Shown: positions 25,101-38,300 of the stretch, piece after piece
Position numbering within the stretch: the stretch's first letter is position 1
Layout: the number at the start of each line of letters is the position of its first letter
Assembly: GCF_964194025.1 (NCBI RefSeq)
Contig: NC_134472.1
Coordinates: 53,568,001 to 53,632,000, forward strand
Direction of reading: 5' to 3'
Length of the DNA: 64,000 nt
Source of the DNA: Convolutriloba macropyga
Taxonomy: Eukaryota
The notes under the pieces: model-generated
Seen by the model: the letters and a program-made list of their open reading frames with translations, nothing else
What the model was told of the DNA's origin: nothing
The model's database searches: none
Translations under genes and position numbers: made by a program

Positions 25101-26831
25101 ACAATCCTTTTTGTTACAGGCTCCATTCGTTTAGAATACATAATATCGTAACCTTTTTCGTCGTTGTGAGTAAATATTGGTCCTCGATTCAGCAAAAACA
25201 AACTTAAGAACGAGCATAGGAACACACACCACTTTCTTTTGATTCGGTGCGCTGTGAGAAGAGGTCACGGTGGCATGTCACTTCGGCCTAATCTGTTGCA
25301 AGGTTGTTTCTTTTCTGCAAACTTAATTGTTCACTTTTTGAACTCCAGTTTCTTCAAGTAAGACGTTCATTGGCACTCTAAATATCATGAATGGTAATAT
25401 TTGTTATAGAAGTCAAAGTTTAACCACAAGCCATTTCGTGAACTAATTAATTATTGAATGTCACGATAACCTTGATAGGTAAAATTAAATAGCTAATGAT
25501 AATGGAGGTCGTATTACTTTGCTTTCTTGTGGTTTCGACTTTCAATATTTTTCCATCATTAGCATCCCGTTAGTACGCTTTCTGCTTGCTTTTAACGATT
25601 GGAGGGGGGGGGGTCCTGTCCACGCCATTTTATTTGCCATTTGGATGTTAATTAAAGCACGGAGGTGCCTAGTCGATAAGCTACGGTTCTCTAACTTGAA
25701 TCTCACATCTTGCAAGAATCTTGTGAAATAACGTATAATCTTGCATGAACAGAGTAGGTTCAAAATTGATATATCGTGTCGAGATGTTTCCCGGAAGTTG
25801 GTTGAAATCCTCTGGGTCTTTATAGAAGGACGTTGTGCAATGTTGAGCTAAGTGATGTGTAAAAATAATTTTACCAGTGGAAGGAAACATGGAAAAAAAT
25901 TAAAGATCTTGATAACGATCTTAGTGAAAAAAACGGCTAACTTTTTTAGAAAATAACAGGATTTTTGCATGCATTTCTAAAATTTAGGCATTATATTAAG
26001 ATGTTAATCAGACAAGTTTGAAAATATTATAAAAACTTAGCTTAAAAAATCTTGCAAAAGAATCACACCTGTTTTTGAAGAAAAAATACTTGTATTCAGG
26101 AAAAAAAGATCTTGCATAACTATGCAAAGTATAGGAAGTCTCGTTTCATTGGGTAGGAAACGAATCAACATCCAGAAATAGAAAAATGAAGTGCAATGTC
26201 AGAATACTTCTTCAAAATTTTTACTCTTCAAACATTCAAGACGCTTATTGGATTCATGAAGTTGCTATTCAGAAAAAAAGACATCTCGCGAAAGGTTCCG
26301 ACCTCTTTGAATGTCTCCCATGCGCTTATTGTACCAATGCATCGTACTTTTTATACAGCGTTTGGAAACTTAACTCTAATCTCATCTAATTCATTTACCG
26401 CAAAATTCAGTTCTTTTTTCCAATTCAGAAAAATTCTTCTGCTTTTGATGTGAAAAAAACGGCCGACTGGCCATTTTCGTACACAATTGACAACAACAAT
26501 TTCAATAATACATGCGAAAGAAGTGTGTGGCAAGATATGTAAAATATAATTTAAGAATGAGGGAAAATGCTTTAAAATGATCAGTTAAAATTATTAAGAG
26601 TATGTTCAATGAGATTCAAATTTTACTATAATTAAGAGAGCGTTAAAAATGGACGTATATTAATGATAGGCAATGATTGTTTTTATTGTTATGGATTCTG
26701 TTTAAAACACGAATGCTGGCAATCTTTCACAAAAATTTTAATCCCCTAACAAATGTTGTATGAAAAATCAATATTTTCTCCACAGAAGCAGTTACCTAAC
26801 ACAACTGTCACGTTTACATTTATATTTATTT

Positions 26832-26993
26832 GGTTCTTTTCCGTTTGTGCCCCCCCCCCCGCTTATTATTTGCAACCCCCCCCCCGACGCCCGCCGCACG
26901 TGCCATATTCTTCCATAATGAGATAACATGTAATGACACGTGCTCTGTAACTGGGGGGTGCATAACGTACCGTGGCACAAACGGAAAAGATCC
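26832..26993. mobile_element. Merlin-like MITE family A, isolated copy
   Basis: TIR GG(A/T)TCTTTTCCGTTTGTGCC with a near-perfect 8-bp TSD atttattt/gtttattt. GG termini with 8-bp TSD fit the Merlin superfamily. Partial copy near 7240-7390. Confidence 0.75.
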
Positions 26994-28180
26994 GTTTATT
27001 TAAATAAGTAGCTGAAGATTGAGGCCTTTAGTTGAAGTTGATTACTCCCTATAAATAATTTTATCTTACAAGATTTAGGACACCCTTAGATAAATTCGAA
27101 GAACAGTCTTTAATGCGACTATCCAGAACTTGGATTTGGAGCAAAAAGACTCTACAGTAGAATATGAGAAGATAGAGTGTCATCTAAAAATCAACAATGA
27201 TTTGCAAAAAACATTTTCCATTCTGAAAGTGGCAAAAAAACTAATCAAAAGATATTTTGTCTGAAGTATTTGAATGTGAATTATTATCTGACCTCGTGCT
27301 GTTAAAAAACAAATAATTTTTGGTAATCGATTTTAGTACAGTTTTGATTTTCAAGAAAACAACTAGAACAAAAAAATTGTGAGAAAAAGTGATACATGTT
27401 TGATTAACAAACGTGTCCAGCACTAAATGGTGCTTCATTCCAATAATTAAATCACTATATTTTTTCAAACCTGCTGTTCCCAAGTTATTTATTCAACAGT
27501 GTCCTCAGTCTTTTTGGAATGCAAATTTTTGCTTGAAAGTGAGCAAAAAATAACGCTGCACTTCATAAATTGTTATCAATGGCTGTCACAAAAATTCTTC
27601 TGCGTCAAAATCCCAATAATAACTCAAGAAAAAACTATTGTTTCCGGGAAAAAACTAATTGGAAATTTAAAACTCCTTTTCTCATTAACTTCATTATAAA
27701 AGACAGCAGTTGTTAAACGTTGATCCACAAAATTTTCTCAATTTTTATGCATCTTAAGCAACCACCTTTGGCTGTTATGGATACACCAAATTTTGTTAGA
27801 ATTTTAGATCAATGTTATCATTTTTTTCGAACAAACTTTTATCTGATTTTTTATTTACATTACTACGTCCTCGAAAAACAGTTAGAAATATAAATGTTTT
27901 CTCTCTTTGTGCGTGTAGTCATCGATATTTTTTCTCTTTTAATTGTCTGTTTGTTTCGCTTATTAAATGAAACAGTTTAAGTTTACGTTTCTTATCTAAA
28001 CTACTTGATGCCGGAGAATTTAAGTCTCTCTGTTGCCAAATTTAGTTTGAGCCAATTAAGAGTGTTTGGAATCGAATGAAGTTCAGACTGTTCAAACTTT
28101 TGAAAAGGACCAAATCTGCAGTTTGTTTTCAATTTTGTAATCATTTGCACAGAAATTGTTTCAACTGAACATTCTTGTGA

Positions 28181-29016
28181 CCCGGGTCAAGGAAAAATTG
28201 TAAGATAGGGATGAAAAGTTTTAATTACCGAAAATTTCTTACATAATTTTGCGGTGAAATGCATTGAAATTATGTAATTTCACCTCTACAGTAAGCGATG
28301 AACTTACAAAAAGTCACCATATTTCACCTGCTTTACAGAGTTTCGAACCTCTCACATCCTGCATTTCGTGCACTTCTTCTTCCAATAAGCCATCTCTGAC
28401 TAATCTCTTTGGTATTTTTGTTTTAAATCAAATTCACTCTACTTTCTGTAAAACATGCGGTAAAATTTTGATTGATTTACGATTTTTAGCGGTGAAATTC
28501 GGTGAAGTGTGTTGATTTTTGAAATTTCACTGCTTACTCTAGTTGTAAAATTACATATATCCACCGCTTTGATAAAAGTGTCAAAAAGATGTAAGATTAT
28601 GGGATAATTTTAGGGGGGGGGGCTTAACTCTAACAATTCCTCCATTACTCCCCATTGTTTTCATCGCATTCACTGCTGATCTCACACAATTTTAACACTT
28701 TTTTCTAAGCGGTGAATTTATGTAAGTTCACCACTAAGTTAAGAGGTTAATTTATGTAATTTCATCGCAATCACCGCTTATCTCACATAACTTGAACACC
28801 ACTTTTTCAGAGCGCTGAATTTATGTAAATTCACAGCTAAAATCAGCGTTGAACTTGTGTAATTTCACCGCTACCAAGCATTAAAGTTTTTTCACCGCAT
28901 TCACCCCCTGATTTATGTAATTTTATCGCATTCGCCGCTTATCTCACAAAACTTCCCGCATTCACCGCTTATCTTACATAATTTTGCGTTGAATGGCGAT
29001 GACACCTTGACCCGGC
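28181..29016. mobile_element. CCC-terminated MITE with TTCACCGC/ATGTAATTTC sub-repeats
   Basis: TIR CCCGGGTCAAGG (28181) and CCTTGACCCGGC (29005-29016). Many internal GCGGTGAA/TTCACCGC repeats in both orientations. Confidence 0.75.
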
Positions 29017-29587
29017 TACGATTTTTTGATTATTTCTTTTGTAAATAAATAAACAAAAACGGAAAGATTTTTTTAAATAAGAACCTCAATCGTTGTCTCA
29101 ATGTTCAGTATTGCCAAAAGCTATGGACATTTTTTGAGGGGGGTCTAATTCAGCGCACTTCTCCATATAATTTTCAGTGAAAACTGCCACCCAGCTAAAG
29201 AGCAATAGTATGTTATGGTTATAAAAGTTTCTGACTTTTCTTCTGAAAATGCTCGCTAGGGCTTGCCCAATTTCGACGCTTATAAAAACCTTTTAAAAAC
29301 AGTCAATCAGTTTTTTTTCTAAAAAATCAAAATCAGCACCTATTTTTCTTTGTTTAAAATTAGAACATTTGTAGGGTACTCAGATGAGAATGTTGATCCA
29401 AACTCAATGAGAATTCGATCTGAAATCAGAGAGACTCTGTCCTTCCAGTTGTCTGACCTCACAGACCCTCTCGGAAGAAAATGCTCAATTTACAGGTCAG
29501 CTTCATTCAATTTCGCTTCTGAAACAAACGCCACATTAGATGTCAGCTAGCGTAGGCCTTTAAATTTCTGGAAAATAACTAAAGTCA

Positions 29588-29955
29588 CCCGGGTTGCTCA
29601 TCATACAAAATTGTTAGTAAGTCATACTAGGTCATATATGATTTGTATGATTTCTCGGTAGTAATACAAGGATCATACAAAAAATTTTAAATGATGCAAC
29701 ACATTGGAAATGTTAATAGAGACCTTCAAAAAGAACAAATAAAGCCTTAATTGGCATTGGCAACCATTAACGGAGCAAAAAATTGACATAATTCCAATCT
29801 ACGAGCAGTAGCATCTATCAGTTATGAGTTCTTTGATTTCATACAAGGATCATGTATGATTTCTTTGAAGTCGTACAAGGATCGTACTAAGAAATACGTT
29901 ATGATTTGTAGGACATCATATATGACCCTTGTATGACTACTGCGAAATTTCCAGG
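29588..29955. mobile_element. Probable MITE with CATACAAGGATC sub-repeats; inverted relative at ~34790-35070
   Basis: Starts CCCGGG. 29866-29935 is the diverged reverse complement of 34791-34860. Confidence 0.5.
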
Positions 29956-30540
29956 TAGGCCTTAGGAAGTTTTCGGAATGATAAAACAGTTTTTGTATAT
30001 GCGCTTGTAAATCATCTGCTATAAGAAATATTCATTTAATTGAACTTTTTTGTTTGTGATGAATAGACATATTATTTTTCAAAAGAAGCCTTTTTTGTAA
30101 CCGTGATTTGTAAGCCTAATTTGTACGCCTAATTTGTTCGTGACTACTCTTTTCGTAAAAAACTAAAAAAACCATACAGCCCCATGGTTTTTTTTATAAG
30201 TGCAAATTCCACAGTCAACAATTGCTGTTTTGATGGAACATATTGCCTAATTGACCAAAAATTACCAAAGTGGAGCTGTTTCACCCAAACTATATTTATG
30301 TGTTCACAGAAGTTCATGATTGATTGACGGCTATAGATAACGTTAAGTTGCTGCTCCTTTTGGAATAATGATCTTGAGCTGATTCAATGTAACACTGAAT
30401 GGTATTTAATCTCTCTCCAAATACGAATACTTTATTGCATTTAAGGCATTTTCTTTCACAATTGATGATTCTGACGATTGCAAAGTATACTTTTATACAA
30501 ATAAAAATATACAAACATATATATATGTATATATATATAT

Positions 30541-30740
30541 NNNNNNNNNNNNNNNNNNNNNNNNNNNNNNNNNNNNNNNNNNNNNNNNNNNNNNNNNNNN
30601 NNNNNNNNNNNNNNNNNNNNNNNNNNNNNNNNNNNNNNNNNNNNNNNNNNNNNNNNNNNNNNNNNNNNNNNNNNNNNNNNNNNNNNNNNNNNNNNNNNNN
30701 NNNNNNNNNNNNNNNNNNNNNNNNNNNNNNNNNNNNNNNN
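30541..30740. other. Assembly gap (200 N) following a (TA)n tract
   Basis: Run of N. Confidence 1.
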
Positions 30741-33299
30741 AAATGGTCAAAAACGAAAAAAAAAACAAATTTTCCGGTCATTAGTCTAACTGCATTTGGC
30801 TATCAATGTTCCTAAGAGCCGGCGCTGACATTAGTTTTCAACTAAAAATTTCCAGTTTATAAATAAAGTGTTCTTAGACCAATAATGAAACTGTAAACCA
30901 AATTCAAACCCATTTTGTAAATTAAACACCTCTGTCATTCTTAATCTGTTCCCATTGTTTTTTTTTCAATTTTGATGCCAATGAGCATCAAGGGGGATTC
31001 ATGGGGGCTATAAGTGTCTTTAAAAAATTCTGTAATAAGTTGTGTGTTTTTTCTTTTAATAACCATTTCAAGTTTCTTTTCTCCACACAAAGGTTGATCG
31101 TTTACCAAGCTTCCGATCTAGGATATACAGAGAACTCTGATAAAACGTGGAAATTGAAAACTATTTTTCAAAAAATTCTCTAAAAAAATTTAAGCAAAAA
31201 GAAATAGTTTCTTTTTTCTTTTCCCCTTGAAGTCTTAAACTATTTTTTCTGACAAAACAATCTCCTTAATATTATTGTTGATATATATGCCAGAAACGAA
31301 ACCTGATTATACAACTGTGATGTTACTGATGCCTACAGAAAAGAGTAAAAAAAATTCTAGAGACCAAGGAAAAAAGTAAAATAAATCGAAATAATTTTTC
31401 CAACGTAGTATTGACCTTTCTGGCTAACTGAACATGCAATTTTGGATTGAAAAGACGATCTTCGTTTTTTAGACCCTAAGATTCAATGGAGATTGTGTTT
31501 CAATTTTGCTAAACTGTTTTCCATTAAATTGAAATCTCAAACACATTATTCGGAAAAACTTTGTCTGCCAGATTTTGCAGGTTCCTACATTGGGTAATTT
31601 CCAAAAACCATATAAAAGATAAAATAACTTAAGCATCACAGAGTTGATTTTTTATGGGTACTTGTGAGTGGAACAACAAAAAGTTTTTTTAGAGAAAAAC
31701 AAAAATATTTCTTTTCTATATTCTGCTGATATTTGCTGATGCTCCAAAAAAACGTAAAAGGTTAAATTAGTTTCCAAATGGAAGCCCATTTTGTTTAACT
31801 GAAAATCTAAATCTGTAACTTGTTTTTTAATATGCTTTTTTTTCCAATCGCAAACAAAAAAATCAAATCATGAATTTTTTGAAATTAATGTTACTTTTTA
31901 AAAATATTTATATTCTGGCAATACCTCATTACAATGCTTCTTGGTTTATACGGTGTTTCATTTGACATTAAACTTAATGAACTTCTTCTTTAGGAATCAT
32001 TCAGAAAATAAGAAAAAAACACTTTGGGAAAGAACAAAAAATTATTTTCAATTTCTTTGAATTCAGAGAATTAAATTTTTTGCGACGGTTTCAATATTTA
32101 ATTGGACCGATAGTGACTAGAAATTCAATTAGCCTAAAATCTGAATTAATTGAGTTTTCACAGACCATTCAATTCAAATAATGAAAAAGAAATTTTTCAG
32201 TGAATTCGAAAAAGTTTTTTTCTTTTGTGCTGCAAAGTAATTTCAAAAACCATGGACTCCAGGTAATTAGGGTTTCCATTTGAGGGATTAGTGTTCATTC
32301 TCTTCCACCAATTACAATTAGAAAATGAAATAACATCAGAAAAAATAAGTTGACAAAAATTTTGTTTCCCAACATTGCTCCTTTCTTCCCATCTGATGCT
32401 TGTTTGACCTTCAAACGTATCTCGGATTGATCCATAGTTCATTGAAAAAGGAAAGTAGCATACACCAGAATCCTTCTACTTGAAATAAAAAATGGATAAA
32501 CAAAAGTGTATTTCAACAAGAAAAATTTAATTAAAAAACTACTTTTTAATTTGTGACGTAAATAATGAAAAGAAGAAAATCTCTTTCTTGATTGGCTTGT
32601 ATTGTAAAATGCAAAATTTTTCAAAAATAAGACACATGAATTAAAAAGAGCTTGAAATTAGTTTCTTAACCAAAAGGAACATAATATCTTACTCCAAGTT
32701 TCCATTTTATTTTTCTGTGAAGGTCAGATATTAGACTCTGTGAAGGTCAGATACTCATTTTAAAATAATTGACAACGCAATTGGTTTTTCATCTGGTAAA
32801 TTTAAAATACTACAAGAGGGACTAAAATTGAAAATACAATAGTTGGACTCAAGCTTGCTCCGGAAAAACCTTTTTTAGCTTCAAATATTCGCAAAAAAAG
32901 AAGTTCTTTCATAATTGAGACTTATGTTGGAACGTTCTGTGCTACGCATAGTGTCAGCGTGTCGTCTTGTTATAATTCTGCTTTATTTAATCGTACGATT
33001 TTGCTGAGAAAACTGTGGAACTAACTTTTGGTTTCCCAATCTCGCTATGTGGCGTCTATTCCCGAAAAACGAACACCTGGATCTAGTATTTTTTCAGGAG
33101 CTGAAAAAGGTAAAAATAGCAGAAATGAACGCAAAATCTTTTTGATTTCTAGAAATTTATACACCGATTGGGTAAAATTGCAGGGAAAAAAACCAATTTA
33201 TGCTGTTTTTCTCGTATTAACATCATACAATGACGGCACGAGTTTGCTACCGGTGATTAGTTACAATTAAGCTAGCGACGATTGTCGGCTGGAAGCGTC

Positions 33300-33900
33300 A
33301 TTACTTTGAGCAGTCTTGTTATATGTCATCGTGACTGCACCCCGGATTACATGTTCACGAGGTTGCGAACGGTATTTCATACGAACGATTAATCTTTGTA
33401 CATTTGTCATCACAGAGGCAAAAATTTGGTTCTCCTGCTTCTCCAAAAGCATCAAATGCAGCCATTGCAATTGATTTAGAATGGATGCATGATGAGCTGG
33501 CCACATCAAAAAGAACAAATTTGTCATTCTTTCACAGCGGATGAATGACGTCTCTTGGCTCCTGGACGCAATTAATTGTAGGGTATGAGGTTTTTCTTCT
33601 GATTATCCAGCAAGCAGGCAGAAACTATTTTATCATCACCTTTGGCTACAGGATCGTCGCGCTTGTTCCTTGTTTCCCAGTAACATCAAAAATCCAAACT
33701 TTCCCACTCCGCATCGTAAAAAGGATGTCCAATTTCTGTGCCAGGAACAGACAAACAAGACCACAAAAGACCTGCCAACAAGGAGAGTAGTCTTGCAATA
33801 TCTCTAACTGAGTTAAGTCTCTCCGTTAATTTCTAAAATAAGGCTATCTTGATAGATTCTTGTTTCAATTCATGCTTACATGGCTGCTAGGTCAGTCACT
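33300..33900 (-). mobile_element. Possible heavily decayed CRE-like 3' remnant
   Basis: Minus-strand fragments RDIARLLSL, AMAAFDAFGEAGE and FASVMTNVQRLIVRM resemble post-RT and RLE C-terminal motifs of CRE elements. Confidence 0.3.
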
Positions 33901-35329
33901 GCAAACTGGGCAAGGTTCCTTTGAGAATGCGGCAAGTGTTGATTCTTCCGCAGGATTGATTCTGTGACCAGCAATTGATGCTTTATGCTAGTCCTGGCTT
34001 TTTTGAATGCGCTTTTTTGAAATCTTTATTGGGAATGTAGCTTGTGTCTACAATTAGTTGATAAAAAAGTTACAAAAATGTGAAGTTGCATGCTGTATAT
34101 GAGCATGCTCAGGTCAACCAACATAGCTGATAACAGGTTACGACCAACGTAAGAAGGTCACCAACCAGGCCCAGTATGTTAAGTTGCTGTGATTGTTTTC
34201 TTTTTTCATTGCATTTACAGAGGCAACATCTGGTTTCCCAAATGCATGTATTCCCACAACAGAAAGGCTATCTTATCTTTTGATCAAGCGAGTCTAGGTT
34301 TCCGACCAAAAACACATAATTTTCTTCTGCAGGAAAAGACCACGGGCCATTTCTCCCCAAAAAAACTCGTAAAAACTTTTACGAGGACCTCCCAAATAGA
34401 CTCCTGTTAAAGCCGTTCTAAGTGCCCAATTAGTGCTGACGTAGATTTGGCACTGCTTCTTGTATCTTTTCTAGAATTTGGCCGCAGTGATATATGCAAA
34501 GTGAACCTAATGAATCTCCGTGCTGAGCTCCAGAACAATTGAAGAAAGTGAACTTATTATGAAAAAAGTTACTTTCGTTCGACTATCGGATTAGTAAATA
34601 TACAGCAATACCACATAACAATTTGCTAACAGGTTTCAAAAATTCAAAAGTTTAATACGATTAGAAGAAGTCAAATACGCTAGAAATTTTGCAAAATAAT
34701 CGATTTTGTTGAAGTTTTGAGGATATTATCATATGAGAAATTAGCCGCCGATTTTTTGTCTCGGTACCTCGATTCGAAATTGTTTGAACTCATACAAAGA
34801 TCTTATATTATGTCATACAAATCATAACGTATTTCCTAGTACGATCCTTGTATGACTTCAAATGTATGAAAGAACTCATAAATGGTAGAAACTACTGCTC
34901 GTAGAATGAAAGCATTCAAAAACCCATCGCTGGCTAATCGAAACCGCTGCGAACCGGTTAATGACCTGAATGAAACTATCTTTGATCTTTGTATGAGCAA
35001 TAGGAAATCAAATATGATCCATGTATTACTACAAACAAATCATGTATGATCCAACCTGTGTGACTACTAAGAAATTATAAAAATCCAAATTTTTCAAGCA
35101 CTCAGAGATAGCGGGACCTAAAAAATTAACTGTCACAGAGGACGAGAACTAATCGAAGCTTTTGAGCACAGGCACGGAATCGATTCAATACGTACCTTTT
35201 TTAACTGCAACCATCAACTGCAAGGTCTGGAATAACTTTCCTAATTTGGTTGGACGAATATCACATTTTAAGCAATTTGTTATGGTTGAAAGCACAGGTA
35301 ATAACATCGTAAGTTTTACTCTGCAGCCG

Positions 35330-38300
35330 GTGCGTTTTTTTAGCTCAAGAAAAGCTTCAACTCAAAACTTGAACGGCTTTATGAAAATTTCTGGCAAAAC
35401 TGAGGCACTGTTTCGGGGATTCTGAGTTTCAAGTCCTGGGGAAATCAGGCACGTGGACGTTAACAAATTACATGCTTCCCCGTACTGAGCTTGGAAGCAT
35501 CGCTGTTTCGTCGTTTAACTAATTTAAAAATTCTGTTATTTGGTGCGTTGGTCGCAGTAATTAAATGAGTTTTCAACTGTTTTGTTGAAAAAGTTTTCTT
35601 TAACTAACTTTCAAAATGTGGGTTATTTCGACTTTTTATTTTTAATCTCGGATCTTTTCCGTTTGTGCCCCCAGTACGTTATGCGCCCCTAGTTACAGAG
35701 CACGTGCCATCATATAGTAAATCGTTATGAAAAAATGTGGCACGTGCGACATTTTGCAATATGCACCCACTAAGCGGGGGGGCGGGGGGGGGCACAAACG
35801 GAAATGATCCTTCATCTCTTTAGGTTTTTGTTTACTATTCGTTTCCTGCTCCTGTTCTCCAATTTTGTTCTCGTTTTGCTACTGCAACCAACTTTAGTTT
35901 TATCGACATAAATCTACCTGTTACTTTTTATGAGTGACTCCTCGGTTTTTTCGGTTTAATCTTTAGTATTTTTTTCTTTTTTGCGAAGAAGTTTGTAAAA
36001 TATATGTACCACTGTTACAAGAACTGAGTTTTGGGAACTTTTCCGTTTGTGCCCCCAGGTTAGTGGGTGTATATTATTTGCGCCCCCCCCCCCCCAGACG
36101 TACGTGCCGTATTTTTACATAGTGATTTACTATGTAATGGCAGGTGCTCTGTAGTTGGTGGGAGCATAACGTACTGGGGGCACAAACAGAAAAGACCCGA
36201 GCTTTGGGTCTTTCCCATTATAGACCTCCATGAAAACAAAGACCCGCATTATGGTATAATAAAAGTAATTGGTGGGGCTGTAGGTTATCTGACCACTAAG
36301 CTGAGGGGGGGCTATAATGGGAAAGACCCCGAGTTTTATTCAAAAATGTGTAAGAAATATCTTGTTCAAAAAATTGGCTGTCTGATTCAAAAGGGGTTTT
36401 TCCCAGAACCCCAGCTCATTGTTCAGATAAACTATAGCCCCAATTATGGTAAACATACCATGAGGGCTATAATTTTTCGGCGGTCTATATTGGAAAGATC
36501 AAAATTATCTAAAAAGAGCAAAAACTTCCATTCGTTGTTTCAAACAACTGCTTCTTTTGCTCTGTTTAACACAAAAACATGTGGATCTTTTCCGTTTGTG
36601 CACTACCCAGCTTCAGCTTAGTGGGCGCATATTATTTGCGCCTTCCTCCAGACGCACGTTTCATGTTGTTACATAATGATTTACTTTTTAATGGCACGTG
36701 CTCTGTAACGGGGAGTGCATAAAGTTCTGGGGAGGGGGGCACAAACAGAAAAAATTTGACTAACCTCACAGGAGCAGTAATCTTGAGTTAAAGTTAAAAA
36801 TACTTTCTAGACTTTCTAATATTTGACTTCAAAGATGGCATTTTTACTTCGAAATTGGTAGCATCTTGGCTTTTTACACTACCAATAAGGCAAAGGGTTT
36901 ATTTTGGGTTTTTTATCGGAAATAGTCAGGCACCTGGTAACTGCCCCAAGAGAAGTTGCTCAGATCACTGTTAAGAGGAGGTAGAGGGTTGTGACATTAA
37001 GACTATGTGTCTGTTGCCAAATATGACCCATGCAGCGCAAAATCCGTTTTCTTTTCATCATACGATAAAAAATTGAATTAAACGAAATTAACTCTTTTGT
37101 AAAAATATGCATCACAAACAGGAGAAGCCGGATATATTCTATTTTGGCCTTCCAGCTTAGACAACTTTTATGTTTTAGCCATCTCCCCAGGAGTACTTGC
37201 TGAAATTTTACGTATAGCACGTTTTTTTAGCTCAAGAACAACTTCTACTCAATTTTTGAACGCTTCATGAAAAATTCTGGCAAAACGGAGGCACTGTTTT
37301 GGAGATTTTGAGTATCAAGTCCTGAGGAAATCAGGCACGACGACGGGAAATCAGGCACGTGGACGTTAACAAATTACATGTTTCCCCGTACTGAGCTTTG
37401 AAGCATCGTTATTTCCTCGTTTAAATAATTTAAAAATTTTGTTATTTGGTGCATTGGTTGCAGTAACTAAATGAGTTTCCTACTGTTTTGTTGAACAAAT
37501 TTCATTAACTAACTTTCAAAATGAGGGTGATTTTCCATTTTTAATTATGGATGTTTTCCGTTTGTGCCCCCAATACGTTATGCGCCCCTAGTTACAGAGC
37601 ACGTGCCATCATATAGTAAATCGTTATGATAAAAAAATGTGGATCGTGCGGGTGGGGGTTGCAAATAATACAATATGCACCCACTAAGCGGGGGGCACAA
37701 ACGGAAAAGATTCTTAATCTCTTTAGGTTTTTGTTTTTTATTCGTTTCCTGCTCCTGTTCACAATTTTTGGTCTCGATTCGCAACTGCAACTAATTTTCC
37801 CCCATTCAATTCTTTATCATTGCAATCTTTATTGATGTTGGAACATAGCTTGCCGTTTGTATCAGACCTGCACAATGAATTTCACAAATTAAAAATTTTT
37901 GCTCAGAGCAACTTATTGAGCCTCGGAAACCTGCTATCAATGCTGATTGTATCCGAGTCCAAATTTGCAGTAGTTTTATTGATATAAATCTGCTGCTTAC
38001 TTTTTACGAGTGACTTCTTGGTTTTTTTGGTTTAATCTTTTGTATTTTTTCTTGCAAAGAGGTTTGTAAATTAAATGTGCCATTGTTACCAGAAATGAGT
38101 TTTGAGAAATTTTCCGTTTGTGCCCCCAGGTTAGTGAGTTTATATTAATTACGCCCACCAGACGCACGTGCCATATTTATACATAATGACTTACTATATA
38201 ATGGCACGTGCTCTGTAATTGGTGGGAGCATAACGTACTGGGGGCACAAACAGAAAAGATCCGAGTTTTCCGTCTTCCCCATTATAGCCGCCATGAAAAT

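Noticed and set aside
30314-30815. ORFs spanning the N run
   Set aside because: Artefacts of the assembly gap.
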